64,000 nt of DNA, taken from the human T2T-CHM13v2.0 reference genome, Homo sapiens. The position numbers and the translations under genes were made by a program. The notes below the pieces were generated by a model, which did not search any database, was not told where the DNA came from, and saw only the letters and a program-made list of their open reading frames with translations. Below, one piece after another: positions 43,815 through 59,360 of this stretch. Location of the stretch: NCBI RefSeq assembly GCF_009914755.1, contig NC_060925.1; one strand, written 5' to 3'. How positions within the stretch are numbered: position 1 is the first letter of the stretch; each line of letters opens with the position of its first letter.

Positions 43815-44070
43815 CAGTGATTTTCAAACTGCTGGTTGCAGCCCATTGATGAGTCTTGAAATCCATTTAGAGATTTGCACCAAGATTTTAATAAAAGTAA
43901 TAGGTCATAAAAGAATAGAATAGAAAAAAAAATCCAAATATATTACATTTAGTAACAGTATTGTTTCCTGAACTTTTGTTTTACTTTTATGTGTTTGTTA
44001 TGTGTATAGTTTTAGTAGGTTGTGAAATTAAAGGTACTGGGCCACAATCAAAAAAAAATTTAAAGCACTA
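43815..44070. mobile_element. hAT-Charlie-like MER element
   Basis: cagtgattttcaaactg start and ttaaagcact end. Confidence 0.5.
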
Positions 44071-45264
44071 AAGATATGAAGATATGCTTTCTGCTTAATT
44101 TGAAGTTCAGGCTACCACCCAAGCCACAACCATAGCAGACAGCGAATGCAATTTCCAAAAGAATCCAACTCTTCCTTATACTACATGTAAAATCAACCAA
44201 TATTTACTATGGTTACAGTGACTTTATATCCAAGAATTAATTCTAATCTCAAATATTTATTTCTATTGCCATTATAAATACATGCAGACTCGTTAAACCC
44301 CAAGTCCCTAAGTCCTGACTATCAGTTTATAAAATACACTCAGCACATGATGTCATTTATAAAGCTACTTGTTTATTCTGTATTTTCTCTGGCTATCACA
44401 GGCCTGCCTCTCCCACACAATTTTTTGATGACCTTCACTTGGAATGGCCAGAACCAGCTAATGCAAACCCTGCTGAACCTACAGTAGAAGTTGCTCCTCT
44501 CCTCCCCGGCCTCAGTCTCCACCCACTCACAAAAGAAGGCTTTCCAATCTCCATTCTAGGACTTAGCCTTATAACACATATTACAAGTAAAGTTCCCACT
44601 TGCCTCCAGCAGAAAAGTCACATCATGTATCACATCTTCTTGGTAAGACTGCCTTCCTTTGCTTTCGTTTTATCTTGAACTGCTATGCTTTTCCTGCAGC
44701 TATAATATTAGACCTTTTTTAAATTGTATAGGTTAAGTACTAGGTTTCTAGGCTTTTATACACTTTCCTCTGATTGTTTTAATTTAATCAAAGTAAAAAC
44801 ATTTGAACTGGGAGTGGGGAGAAGGATGCACGACTGAATTATCATGATAATCTTCTAGTAAAGACTCCGCGGGAGACTGAGAAGCTGGGAGAGCAAAATA
44901 TGCAGCAAGTGCCATTAGGATAAAGAGGCTTGCCTGGTGATATTTCAACAAAGACAAACACAGCTTCAAAAGAGCTTTCACAGAGCCGCAACTCCACCAA
45001 TGCTTCTACTTGTTCATCCTAAGCAGACTTTTCTCCTGCTCATGGAAAAGTCCCCTGAAATTTTTACATTCCCACCTCACAAAAATATCATGATGAGATG
45101 GTTGGACATAAACATAAAAGAGTTATATTTCTGCTGTGAAGAAAACTAATTATTGAGAAATTTATTTACTTACAGTGAATAAATTTACTCCCATCAACCA
45201 TCCTAAAGGACATAAAGGTGGCCAGCAGTGTAAAATGCAATGCAAGGTAAGGTACTTAAGAATA

Positions 45265-45628
<364 letters not shown>

Positions 45629-46129
45629 TTATATTTGAATGTAAATTTTCTGACAACTACGGAAACCCAAAAATCATCTGAATACCTATAATCTTCCCTG
45701 GAATTGAGCCCAAGCGGAAATGTACCATACGGTCCATGTTTAAGGGGCACTCAGTGTGGCCTGGGCGTAAGGTCACCTGGTTCTACTCATGACCCTGCCT
45801 CTAATTTACTGTGTTGCCCTTGATAAGTAGTTTCACCTTTAAATTATTTATCTAGGTGATGGGACAATAGAGAAGAAGCTTGGGACTAGAGAATTACAGA
45901 GGTCCTGTTAAGTATCAAAAATTCTTATTGTAGGAGATGTGGATAGATTTGAAGAAGTAGGACTATTTTGAACCAAGAGCTGTATTAACCACTAAACAGT
46001 ACAGAAGTTGAAAAATAGCATTTGTATAAAATTAGTCAGTTGTTCTTTTCCCATAAGGAAGTGACAGAGCCATCCTTTTATTCACAATTCTAACATCCAT
46101 TGCTTAATTACAAAATATGGTACAGAATC

Positions 46130-46812
46130 ACTCCCAGTACACAATCAGTCATAAATTCTACTTGCTCGATCTGTTGAATTTATCTAGCTGTTTCTCTCCC
46201 TATTTCAACCATGTATTGCACAGTTTCCTACCCTGTCTTCCTGTCTTCAGTTTTAGCCCCCTTACTCATTTGCCACATTGCTACCAGGGTGATTTTTAGA
46301 TGATGGATGTCTTTCATAGTCTCTTCAGTGACTTCTCAGCACCAGCTCCCCATTTAAAGTCCCCATGACTTTGACCCCACTTACTTCTCTAGGCTTACAT
46401 CTCTGCACAGTCTTCTTAAATCCTAATGCTTCATTCAGCCGTTCAAAACTACTCACAGATCCCCCATGACCCATGCCTTCATGCCATTGCACATCCTGTT
46501 TCCTCCTTGAAATATCTTTCTTTTCCCATATCACTTCCCCAGTTCACTTGGTAAAAGCTTCCTTATCTTTTGAGAATCTATTAAATTGTTGCATTTTCTA
46601 TGAAACATAGAAGTTAACTGGCATTCTCTCTAGAATTTTAATGAGTCTTTCCTCTTTGCCTCACTATTCCTTGCACAAGTTCTATCATAGCACTCATGAC
46701 ATGTTATTGTTTATATGTCTGTTTTTCTTCCTCAATCTTTGTCACCAGAAGGCATAAAACAATTACTATTTTTATAATTGGCACTTAAGGAATGTTTGTG
46801 GAATAAATGAAT
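46130..46812 (+). mobile_element. L2 3' fragment
   Basis: Degenerate L2 ending aatgtttgtggaataaatgaa. Confidence 0.6.
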
Positions 46813-47269
46813 ATTGGAAGGTTGAGTATTCTCCCTAATTTCTAACCTTAAAAAATTCAAACAGAATTCTTATTTGTCTTTTCTCTATTATTCATTATTT
46901 CAGTCTATCCCCATACTGACTCCTCTCATCATAGCATCTTTGGTGCCCCTCACCCATCTCACTGGTGGTGTTATCCAGGATGTCCTATTTAATTCAATAA
47001 CTTACTTCCCCTCACCTTCTTTTGACTTATTTTTTATCTGACTCATCCATATTCTGTAGTCCTACTTTGTATGTTTCTCACCTGACAGATTTCTCTTAAC
47101 AATTTTTTATGTGTCTGTTAAATACTTTGCTCATTTCTAGCACTCCACAAATACTAAATGTACCTGTTAAAAAGCAACGATGTCTGCTAAATCGATATCT
47201 AGAGGTACCTTCTTAACAAAACAAAACAAAAGCAGTATAATATAATAGTTAACAAAGACAATACAGCAC

Positions 47270-47520
47270 AGCAGATTGGTTAATGGGCAAGGCTCTGCAG
47301 TCAGACAGTCCAGGGTTTGAGTTCTGCTTCCAGCCCGAATTCATTAGGTGACTGACCTTCGGCAAGTTGCTTAATTTCTGAACTGGATTGTTCTTCTGTG
47401 AAAGAGGATAATCATGTCTACTTGTTTGCATGATTTTGAGTACTAAGCAAAATTATTCAGCTGAATGTGTAGCCAAGAGCAAGGGCAAATAATTAATAAA
47501 TGATGGCTGTTATTATTATA
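47270..47520. mobile_element. MIR
   Basis: ggctctgcagtcagacag..gggtttgag..gaccttcggcaagttgcttaa. Confidence 0.75.
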
Positions 47521-47663
47521 GATTACTGATTATTGTTATCGATTGTTATTATTGATTCAATGCACCACTGCTGCTACACTGAAAAGTATATGGAGACAGT
47601 TTTCCCTTTGGGTTTGGGGTGTGGGCCAAAGTGTGCTTATGAAACTGGTTTTCATTTTTTATA

Positions 47664-49013
47664 CAGTCAGTCATGCACGACATAACTATGTTTGAGTCAA
47701 TGAGGGGCCACATATAAAACAGTGGTCCCATAAGATTATAATGGAGCTGAAAAAGTCTGATTGCTTGGTGATGTCATAGTCGTCATAATGTCGTAGTGCA
47801 ACACATTACTCACATGTTTGCGGCAATGCTGATGTAAACAAACCTTCTGAGCTGCCAGTCATATAAAAGTCTAGCACATACAATTATATAGAATACATGA
47901 TAATAATGAAAGTAAACAGCTATGTTACTGGTTTATGTGTTTATTGTACTATACTTTTGTCATTATTTTAGAGTGTACTCCTTTTACTGATTAAAAAAAA
48001 TTAAGTGTAAAAGAGCCTCAGGTAGGTCCTTCAGGAGACATTTCAGAAGAAGGAAGGCATTGTTATGATAGGAGAGGACAGCTCTATGTGTGTTATTGCC
48101 CCTGAAAACCTTCCAGTGGGACAAGATGCGGAGGTGGAAGATAGTGATATTGATGATCTTGATTTTGTGTACTCTTAGGCTAATGTGTGTGTGTTTGTGT
48201 CTTAGCTTTTAACAAAAAAGTTTAAAAAGTAAATAAATAATTTTTAAAATAGAATAAAGCTTATAGAATAAAGATATAAAGAAGAAAATATTTTTGAAAA
48301 ACTGTGCAATGTGTTTGTGTTTTAAGCTGTATTGTTGTAAAAGAGTAAAAAGTTTATAAAATTAAAAAGTTGCAGTAAGCTAAAGTTAATTCATTATTGA
48401 AGAAATAAAAATATTGTTTTACAAATTTAGTGCAGCCTAACTACACGTGTGTAGAAAGTCTATAGTAGTGTGCAGAAATGTCCTAGACCTTCACATTCAC
48501 TCACCACTCACTCATTGACTCATCCAGAGTAACTTCCAGTCCTACTAACTCCATTCATGGTAAATGCCCTATACAAGCATGCCATTTTTTAGTGGGTTTT
48601 TTTTTTTTTTTTTTTTTGAGACAGAGTCTCCCTCTGTCACCCAGGCTGGAGTGCAATGGTGCAATCTCAGCTCAGGGCAACCTCCACCTCTCAGGTTCAA
48701 AGCGATTCTCCTGCTTCAGCCTCCAGAGTAGCTGGGGTTACAGCTACTCTTACTGTACTTTTTCTATGTTTTTATGTGTTTGGATACTCAAATACTTACT
48801 GTTTTGTTACAACTGCCTGCAGTGTTCAGTACAGTAAGGTGCTGTACTGTACAGGTTTGTAGCCTAGGAGAAATAGGCTGTACCATACAGCCGAGGTGTG
48901 TGTAGGCTATACCATGTAGGTTTCTGTTACTGCACTCCATGATGTTTGCAGAATGACAAAATTGCCTAACGACACATTTCTTAGATGGCATCCATGTCGC
49001 TGATGTATGACTA
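47664..49013 (+). mobile_element. Tigger3/Golem (MER7-type) DNA transposon, ~1.2 kb, containing a partial Alu
   Basis: Terminal cagtcatgca and tgtatgact; internal gtggtcccataagattataatggagctgaaaaa. Confidence 0.85.
48597..48742 (-). mobile_element. Alu right arm only
   Basis: Poly(T) followed by gagacagagtctc..agctggggttacag; no left arm. Confidence 0.85.
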
Positions 49014-50849
49014 TTAAGATAAGAGGCTCACTGAGAATCTTCGCTGTTGGTCTGTTTTTTAGCAAGGGTTTATGCTAGTAGATGATCATTCTGCAGAATT
49101 CCACTTGGAATCCATACTGACTCCAACCCCAAATCAGAAGCCCCGGTATAACACTTAGCCTCAAAAGCCAAGCTATGAAAAGACCATGGGCAAACTGGAA
49201 AGCAGCACCAGCATTTCTGGTGTCATTGTCATTGCAGTTGTTGTTTTTATTATTATTCTCCTTTTTTTCCAATAAAAAGCTGAGAATCACTAAATAAAAA
49301 AAAAGACTCTGTAGCCTCAATAATGTGATAAATGCCATTTGCACAGTCTTACTGTCGACCCAGGTAACAGCTTGTGACTTTGTCTTGGACAAAGGAAATC
49401 ACTCTCTTTGATGAACACTTTGGGATGATTTCAGCTTCCAATATTCTCTTCCTCTTAGACAGCTACTGTAACAAAAGCCTGTAGGGAGAGCTAAAGCTTC
49501 GCCTGTTTACAATACCCACACACTGGCTCTCTATTTTAATTTTAAAAAACAAACTCAGAGCTCAAATCACTCTCATATTTAATATTTTGCCTTAAAATAG
49601 CTGTCTATTTTATTTTGCTTTTTAAATTAAAACGGCTTTATATGACAGGCAGCAGAAAAGAGAGAGACTGAAATGGTGATTCAGGAAGGAGTGGCTTTAA
49701 CAACAGAAGCTCATTTGTTCCCCTTTTGAGGAAAAGAATGTGGTAACAGCTATGGCATTGTTGTTTCTGGCATGCCAGCTATAGCCCAGAACAGGACTAC
49801 ATGCCATTAATTTCAATAATTCCTGTATGTTTTTGAGGAAACACACACACACATACACACACACTCACGCACTGTCTTACTTTAAATAAATTCTACAATA
49901 AGCCACCTGTTCATTAAATATGATTACACAAATGTGATTTAAAATACTTACTGAGTTTTCCCTTGAATTCTCTTTTTAAAGAGAAATTGGAAGTCACCTG
50001 TAGATTCCAGACCATGTTGTTACCCCTTTATGGCTTCTTTCCAAACTCAAAATCAGTGGCACAATTGCCAGCCTGGGTTCAAGCCTTCCCTACCTTCTGA
50101 ATAAGTTACCAACCAGTGAAACAGTACACAAAAGCACCTGCAAATCACATAACTTGGTCAATCACTTCAAAACCTCTCTCTGGCTTTTTGCAGGCTGGGC
50201 TTCACGTTGCCTGACGCAGCATGCTGGTTGTGTTCAGCCATTATGCAATGATGTTCTATGTTGCCAGTAAACCATGGCTTTATGCCACCGTTCAGTATAG
50301 CAGCTCCATTTAGCTTCATTTATTGGATTTTTAAATCCTCTTATACAGTAGGTGTTGATCTCTCCTGAAGTTGTGATTACAGCTCTAACTATTGACACTT
50401 CGATCACAGCCAATCCCTCCATTCTTTGCCCTCGTGCTGACATGAAATGGTAGTTCTTCCAACTCTGTAGTCTCTGATTCTTCAGCCCCCACCCCACACA
50501 CTTGGCCACACGAACATAATAAGGAGTACATATATGCTGATTACTTCATTCTCTTAGCAATTTGGAATCCTTACATTGCCTTCTCTTGCTGTGTTGCTTC
50601 TCTACAGAGACGGGAACTGTGGCGCTAAGTCTGACCACACACAGGGCTCTAGGATCCATTTACATCTAAAATGCTGCCTCTTTTCCATTCAAAAATTTGG
50701 TTTCTGACATTATCCACCTGGAATGTTGTCTACTAAGTTATTGAAATAATTGTGAGTGAGCACTTGTTTAGAAGAGATTCTACCTTTCTGTTTGTTGTCT
50801 AGTCTCAGGGATAAGATTTGCTGGATTTGCAAATTCCAGCACTTTGAGT

Positions 50850-51070
50850 GTAATGGGAACGAACTGACACTGAAAATCACAACGTCCAAGTTTGAATATC
50901 AGTTTAGCAATCAGTTAACTGTGTGATGAGTAAGTCACTCAACTTCTCTGAGCCTCAGCTACCTCATTTGTAAAATGAGAACTCAACTTTCTTCATAGCC
51001 TTATTGTGAGGCTTTAAATGAGAAAATATGTGTGGAAGTATCTGACACAGAGCAGATTGTCAGTTAGTTT
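50850..51070. mobile_element. MIR
   Basis: aagtcactcaacttctctgagcctcag..ctcatttgtaaaatg. Confidence 0.75.
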
Positions 51071-51883
51071 TTATTTCATTTTCAGTTTTGCCCTTTGCTC
51101 TCTCGGGTTCACTAGACCAATTGTTGCCCATGAAAGACGAGACAATCATTCTGTCATATTTCTTCACCTTAGTGTAGGTCAGATTAAGGAGTCTGATCTT
51201 ATCATGCTGCTAGTCTGACTTGTGTTACCCCTACTGGTCTTGTCTTGGTGCCTGGAATTCTCCTAGAATATACTCCCGTTAGTGGAAGCAATGATTCAGT
51301 GATAATGAACCCTGATGGATGTTTAACCTCTTACTTAGCTAATTAAGGAACTTTCAGCTCTAACATATATTTACATTGGTCTTAAAATATACTACTCCAT
51401 TCGCAGGTTCTAATTCTTAGGAAAAAGAAAAGAGAAAAATATATATATATACTGCTCCAAGTAGGTCCAGGATATATGTAGAACAATCCTATAGAATTCT
51501 TACTGAAGAAATATATAAACCTTGTATATAAGCATTCTATACCTTTGGCAAAGGAAGAACTATTTAATGTAACATAATTTACAGAAAAAAACACCTAGAA
51601 GGCTACAAGTAGATGGGGCAGCTCCATTCCCTTTTGACAGTTAAGTAGATAATTGTCTTTTGGTTTGAAAGGACTAAATCAGTAGAGGACAATTCATATA
51701 CTAATTGTACAAAGCACTAAGTTTGCTGTTGCTTTCTTCTTGCTTTTGAAATGTGGAAAAGACAAACAAGGAACCATTAAGAGAGACAGAGAACCCATAA
51801 GAAATTAGGTAACTGATTGTCAAAGTTCCTTGCTGTGACTTTCCTAGACACGAAAGCTGAAGTCTCATGAAAAGCAATTTATA

Positions 51884-52162
51884 GGCCAGGAGTGGTGGCT
51901 CACACCTATAATCCCAGCACTTTAGGAGGCCGACACAGGAGGATCATTTGAGGTCTGGAGTTCGAGACCACCCTGACTAACGTGGTGAAACCCTGTCTCT
52001 ACTAAAAACACAAAAACATTAGCCAGGCATGGTGGTGCATGAGGATGAGGCAGGAGAATTTCTTGAACCCAGGGGGTGGAGGTTGCAGTGAGCCGAGATT
52101 GCGCCACTGCACTCCACCCGGGGCAACAGAGCGAGACTGTCTCAAAAAAAAAAAAAAAAAAA
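51884..52162 (+). mobile_element. AluS with a short internal deletion
   Basis: The cctgtaatcccagctact segment of the right arm is missing at ~52040. Confidence 0.92.
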
Positions 52163-52519
52163 AGGATTTTATAAAGTATTAATGTTTATTATATAAGAGA
52201 TTGGGGAATTATGTGTGGGGTGCTCAGTGTCTGAATGGTGAAATGCCTAAGAGATTCTGATATCAAATTAAACAAGTGGCTGTATTACAGGACCTTGAAG
52301 AATCTTTAATATGCTATTGTATGTTGTGGAACATCAAGAACTCAACTAAGTGTTCTGGTTTTACAAATGTAATTCTCCTCAGAACTTGTTTTTCAGAGAG
52401 CATATCAAAGGACTAGCATTCAATGAATACTTTCTGCTTTGAGAGACTCTGCCATAATGTGAAAGTCCGATCAATAGTGGCCAAGAGAAAGATTTTCTAT
52501 ACAAAACTAGCCTAAATTA

Positions 52520-52903
<384 letters not shown>

Positions 52904-53739
52904 AGGAATCCAAAGTATCAAAATCTAGAGTCACTGTTAATGTATTTGGTGCTTGGTACTAATTTAGTGATTATAAGGGCCCAACAAAAAGACCCATAGT
53001 TAAAGTACTAGAGCAGATTTCACAAGATCAGCATTCTGGCCAAAGACCTGTTCCAACCAGCCACCAAATTATAACCATAGGCATGCCAATTAACAGCTCT
53101 ATGTCTTAATTCCCTTATCTATAAGATGAAGTTGAAGTTTCCAGAATCTAGATGAAGGTTAAGCACCCTTCAGTTATATCATTCATAGAATTGCATCTCA
53201 GAGTTGGGAGGCTCCTCTTAGACAGGTAATGAATCATCCAGGTAATGAATTCCTGTTGCTGTCCCCAAGAGGTGAACATCAAGCTCTATTTAGACCTTTT
53301 AGGGCAGGAAACTCACGTTCTTGCAAGGAAGTCCATTCTGCTTTGGACAGATCTAGCTGCAAGGAAATTAGAACTGTTCCTTATTTTGAATGAAATCTCT
53401 TTCTATAACTTCCCTTCATTTGTCCTTATTTAATTGTCTGATGTCATAAAGAATTAGTCTGAACCTTTAAAAATGTGCAGGCAGTTATCACCTTCCATAA
53501 GTAAGTTCTTCTCTAGCATACATATTCCTAGTTTCTTTAACCATTCTTCTGACATAGTTTAGTTTTCCTCAACACACTGTCTTTTGAATATGCTATGGTT
53601 TTTCGATGTCTACATAAATTATGGTACCTCAAATGGAGTAAAATACCAGGCATGTGTTTTTTGTGACCAATTTAAAAGAGAACAATATCCTCACTTCCAC
53701 GTTTCCCAACATTATATGTATATAATGTGTATATAGATG

Positions 53740-54560
53740 GCTTTGGCATTTGCTATGTGTGCTAGGCACTGTGTAACATGCTTTACAGACGATGACACAT
53801 TTAATTCTCACAATAAACCTGTGAGGTAGGTACTTTGGTCATTCCCATTGTTTTAGATGAGGAAACTACAATCTAGTCTTCACCAGTGCCCCTCAAACTT
53901 TAATGTGCACAAAAGTCATGTGTGGTTTTTATTAAAATTTAGATTCTAATTTAGTAGGCTATCTGTGGGTCCTAAAGTTCTGCATGCGCCAAGGTGATAT
54001 TGATGCTGCTGGTCCAGGGATCATAATTAAAGTAGGAAGAGTCTATATAGTGTGATAAAATTATATGAAATGACAAAACAGAAAAGCATTAAGCTCCAGC
54101 AGCAAGAAGCATTTTTAATGACGTTATAGATATAGAAAGTTTCAGAGAATTTATGTTTATTTGGAGAAACTTTTTTTAGCTTAGACCCTAATCAGGAAGA
54201 TTTTCCTATACTAAGAACTGGCTTATAAAACCCTTTCTACCACTGAAGTATAAAATAATAACAACTGACATTTCTTAAGTACTTGCCATATGTCAGATCC
54301 TCTTCTGAGAAACTTCAACATCTCACATCATTTCATGCTTCCCACAACCCTGTGAGGTAAATCCAACATTACCTTGTTTAAAAAATGAGAAAACCTGGGC
54401 AAAAAGAAGAGCAAAACTAACCCCTCTTTGTTTTTGGTCAGAGGAAATAGAAAGATTAAGTAACTACACTGAGATCACACAGCTAGTACGTGGCAGAGGG
54501 GGATGCAGAGCTGCCTGACTCCTGACACCAGACACCTGACACCAGCGTCCAATTGCCTAA
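53740..54560. mobile_element. MIR / MER5 / MIR cluster
   Basis: MIR motifs at 53740-53870 and 54260-54500; MER5-like segment at 53883-54035. Confidence 0.6.
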
Positions 54561-56005
54561 CTAGGAAGCTGCACCACTTCACATTTCATCTCCTGGAGAA
54601 TAAAGGCGGCAGTGCAAGAGATTCAGGGAACGGAGAAATTGCAGGGGCAAGTGAGTAGAAAAAGGTCACTTCCCCAGTTTAATGGTAGCTGTGAAGCAGG
54701 CATTTCCCTAATATTGAAGAAATCAACCTTCAACACACTGTTAAATTCTACAATAGAGGCAATATTAAGAGTACATAGTACTCTGATAGTACACTCTGAT
54801 CAAGTACATAGAGACTACAGATTTTCTGTAACTAATAATGACTTTAATGTTTAAAATACCAGATCTAGCTCAGACCCTGTGCTAGATACCATCTTATACA
54901 TGTGAGTGCTGTCCTCTGTGAGCTCACAGTCCACCTGGGGAGTCACCGATAAACAAATAACTCGCTAGTACATTATAAACACTGTCACGGTAACAATGGA
55001 GCAGACAAGGTAGATAACGAAAAGCTACAGTGGAGACAGTCATCAGGTGATTTGAGTCTAAAGAGAATTCTGGCAGAACAAACCATGAGAGCAAAGTCAA
55101 GGATGACCTAATGTGACTTTTTCTTAGTTGTAACAATACATAGGATGGTTTTTAATCAAATGTTTGCTCCATAGGTGTGATTCATTTTAATGATTCTCAA
55201 ATTTATGATCCTAAGAAAACACTACCCTTAGGTAAAGTCAACTCTTAATTGTAATTTTGATTTTCCTTGTATTTTTTCTTAAACCAGTTGGCATCTACTT
55301 TGGCTGATTATTAAGAAATATCAAACAGATATTAAGGAAACCATTAAAGGTAGATGTTTGAGCCTAGTTTAATAACTTGGATAGTAAAATTATCCCAAGA
55401 TTCTTTCCACCACTGAATTAGCATAAATCAATTTTCATATTACTGCCAAACGCCATAGTTTTCAGGAGCTATGCAGTGCAAACAAGTGTATTTTGCCTGA
55501 TAAGAATTACTAAAGTCACGTGTTTTGATCAACTTTATATTTTATGTTTTAAAAGTCAGGTGCGTATCTTAGGCAATCATTCATGGCGAAAGTGGACTTG
55601 TCTTACACATCAGTAATACAAGCAAATTCAAGACACACAATAGTATAAGTAACTAAAATAAAATAATTTAAGTTGAGGAATTTATTTTTGCAAGTATGTG
55701 AAGGAGAGATTGGTCAAGGAGCCCCATGTGAATTGCAGGCCCAGCATATGGCTTGTGGTTTAGACACTGTGACAAAGTCATTTTCCACCAGCTTGTACCA
55801 GTGTAGCTCATTTTGAGAAAATATCCAGGGGTAGCAGAGAAACTTCCAGTGCTGAAAACTCTACAATTCTTAGTTTTCTAAGACATAGCAAATATCATTT
55901 GAATAGAAATGTTATAGCTATCTGTTTGGCAAGAAGGGAAAGTAAAGAATCAAAAGAGAGAAGAAGCAAAAAAATGATTGGCAAATCTTGCGATCTCATC
56001 ACTTT

Positions 56006-56298
56006 TTTTTTTTTTTGCAATGGAATCTTGCTCTGTTGCCCAGGCTGGAGTTCAGTGGGGCGATCTCAGCTCACTGCAGCTTCTGCCTCCCAGGTTTAAG
56101 TGATTTTCGTGCCTCAGCCTCCTGAGTAGCTGTGATTACAGGTGCCCGCCACCACACCCAGCTAATTTTTGTAGTTTTAGTAAGAGATGGGGTTTCACCA
56201 TGTTGGCCAGGCTGCTCTCGATCTCCTGACCTCAAGTGATTTGCCTATCTGGGCCTCCCAAAGCTCTAGGATTACAGGCGTGAGCCACCACACCCGGC
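56006..56298 (-). mobile_element. AluS
   Basis: TSD atctcatcacttttt / atctcaccacttttt. Confidence 0.95.
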
Positions 56299-56439
56299 AT
56301 ATCTCACCACTTTTTAGGAACAGCCTTCTGTAGCTTCTTGTGCTACTTCAGAGTTATACTGCACCTGAACAGTGGGCACATTCCTACGTATTGAAGGTGT
56401 CTGTTTATTTATCCAGTAGGTTTCCCTGAATCATTGATT

Positions 56440-57070
56440 GTCACTCTGGTAGATGCTGGGGAAATAAATGCCTCATGCCATCTACCAAAGGAGCTAACGT
56501 TTGTAGCAGAGAAAGACAAACTTGCAAAGAAAGGTAACTAGTAAAGCATTGTAGTGTGGAGTAGAGTTGGAACAAAGGAGAAGAGCCATTTTTACCCAAG
56601 ACCAAGTGAAGAGGGAGAAGAAATGTTTCTTTTGGGAGAGAAGTGACCTCTGATCAGAATATGAAAAATGAGAGCAGAATTTTAAGCAGACTAAAAGGAA
56701 AGAATTTTTTTAGAAGGAAATAAAAGAAGGATTTACAAAGGCACAGGTATTGGAAAGAATAGAGTTTATTCAGGAAAACACAAATAATTTGGTGTGGCTG
56801 GAGCTTAAGGTGGTACTCCTTGCTACACATCTATTTCCCGTAGTGGCTGTTTGGAGACAAGGAGATGAAATTGAGTTCTATTGCAGTAGTTGAAATAGAT
56901 GATGAATGTCAGAATGGAGTGGAGAGGAGATGGCAAGGAGGACTAGATGGCTGTGACTAGAGCTGAGCCAACTTTAGTCACAGACTGTCAATTGGGAGTG
57001 AGGCAGAAGAACACTATGAGGATGACTTCCAGGATTCAGTTTAGGAGTGCATAAATGGTGATGCCAATTG
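56440..57070 (-). mobile_element. L2 fragments
   Basis: Purine-rich reverse L2 with aggatgacttccagg and atggtgatgcca motifs. Confidence 0.5.
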
Positions 57071-59149
57071 ATATGTATCCAATTTTGGAAATTTCTATTA
57101 TTGGTCTTCTGATGAGCTTCCTTCAAATCAAAGAGAGGATATTGGTTAGGAAGGAATTCATTGTATTATTTTGTTCAAGTAAATTGGAACTATTTGAATG
57201 ATTTCTCATAGTCTTTGGGCTAAAATTAGATACTGTATGCTGTTTTATTGTACCACATTATTATAATATTCCCTCTCATTTGGGACGTGGCAATTGCTTT
57301 AGAAACAGCATGGAAAAATAAATCATAAGGAGTTAAAAATGTAAGAGAGAAGCATCAAGTTATTAGGCAAGTCTTTGAGAAGATAAATGGTTTGTGAGGG
57401 AAATGTAATTAACAGGTTACACTGTATATGTTTGCAAAATGCCTATGATGCATGAAAACGTTTTTGTCTACTTAATTTTCCTAAGATTGTGTGTTTATAT
57501 TTAAATTAATTAAATGCAAACAGCCTTGTGCTCTAGGTAATTTTGTAGTAACTGATATGTGCAGTCAAATCAGTGGAATGTAGTTAAAAATGGCTAACCC
57601 AAAAGCTTGCGGCCCCAAAAGCCATCCTCAGTGGTTAGGGCCTGAAGACAGTTGTTCCACAGAGTAAGCTACTGTCCTTAAAGGGAAAGAATCTTGAAGC
57701 CTCAGTGTGTAGCAGCCAGAGCCTTCCCATACAAAGGGAGATTTGCAGCTTATTAAGGCTTCCCAAGAACATAAGCACCTTGAGAGCAGAGATATCCATC
57801 TCTTTTGTTCACTGATATATCCCAAGTGCTTAGAAAACACTACATGTCCAATAAGTATTTGCTTGATTAGAAAGTCGCTGAATAAATGCCTCAGCAACCT
57901 AACAGCATAATATGAGAGCAAAGATTTGGTCTCAGAGTCCTGGATTTTAACCCTCATTGGTAATGTGATATTGAGTAATTCACTTAATGTTTCAAGACTA
58001 TTTTCTCACCAGTAAATAATGGGGACAATAGTTAGGAAAATGAGTTTACAACAGAGAGTTTATGTGAAAGCACATCACAAACATTAAAGGACTGATGTAT
58101 TCAGTTACCGTCTTAGGGGCAGAGATTCTACTTATGCATCACTAATTAATTCTCAGTCCCCAGTGCTTATGTATTATTTGTTTTCCATTCTCCTGACACA
58201 CAATCAGTCCATAGTAAATGTTTATTAATTTGACTTAAATTCACTATGGCTGGTCCATCTTACGTTGGAGAATAGGGGAGAAAGCAAGTTGGCATGAATG
58301 GTAAGAAATCATTGCCAGAAAGTATCTGGAGTTGGCTTGTTGGGGTTTCTAAGATCTAGGTTTTTTTCTCAGTCTGGTACCTCTCTCAACCTGCTTTTTA
58401 GGATCATTTTCAATCAGGACAATTCTTCCCCCTACATCCATATAAAATTACTATATTATGTAGCAGACTGACCTAAACCCATTGGCTCTTTGCAGCACAG
58501 TTCTGTTGCTGACCAAATGGTACCTCATTTGAAAATGTCATCTACAAATACCATGTATAGATATGGCCATATACATGTCTCCACTGGCATAGAAAAGTAT
58601 ACATATACTTGAGTAAGTCTCTGTCTCATGGACAGACTACTTTTCAAAATTTCACTTGTAAGAATTCTATTCAAGAATTTATTCAACAAACATTAAGCCC
58701 TAGTTGTGTTACGGCCTCTGTGTTGAGCATTGGGAAAGAAAGATCCCCAGTAGGTTATCCCTGCCATCTCTGGCTACTCATTTTCTTTACAAAAGGAGAA
58801 CAAGGAGAAAGTTATATGGTAATATGAGCGAAAGATGCCTTGGTGGCAATGCAGATTTGAAGGAGGCCTTGGAAGAGTGAGATATTGACAGGTCTGCATG
58901 ATTATTTGGATATGATGGAGTCGATGGAGTAGGTATACTCTAAGATGGCTTTGTGGATTTATGGCTTCAGTCAGTGGGTGAATGGTTTGATTGTTATGAA
59001 GAGACACCAAAAGGATAAGTAGTTTTAAGGCAGAAAATAATTATTGTAATTATGTAATTCTTTTAATTACTTAGCATGACTCTGGAGTTCAACAAATAGT
59101 ACCTCATCAGTATCTTGCACTCAATATGTATTAAATGAATAAATCAGTG

Positions 59150-59360
59150 AATTGAATCCCTGCCTTGACACTTACTAGCTGTGAGACTTTGAGCAAGTCA
59201 CATAACCTCTTTAAGTCTCTTATTTTTCAAACATAGAGACAATAATACCAACTTCATTAGGTAATTAATTATTTATACAAATAGAGTGAAAGACTGTATG
59301 TAAAGTGCTTGGCACAGGTAGTACCAGGTATATACTAAGATCTCAATAAGCAGTGACTGC
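59150..59360. mobile_element. MIR
   Basis: cacttactagctgtgagactttgagcaagtcacataacctct. Confidence 0.75.

Noticed and set aside
50234-50509. 91-aa minus-strand ORF in unique DNA
   Set aside because: Non-ATG start, no recognisable domain and no clear splice sites.
58552-58577. Imperfect palindrome catgtatagatatggccatatacatg
   Set aside because: Short and AT-rich, too small for a pre-miRNA or MITE.
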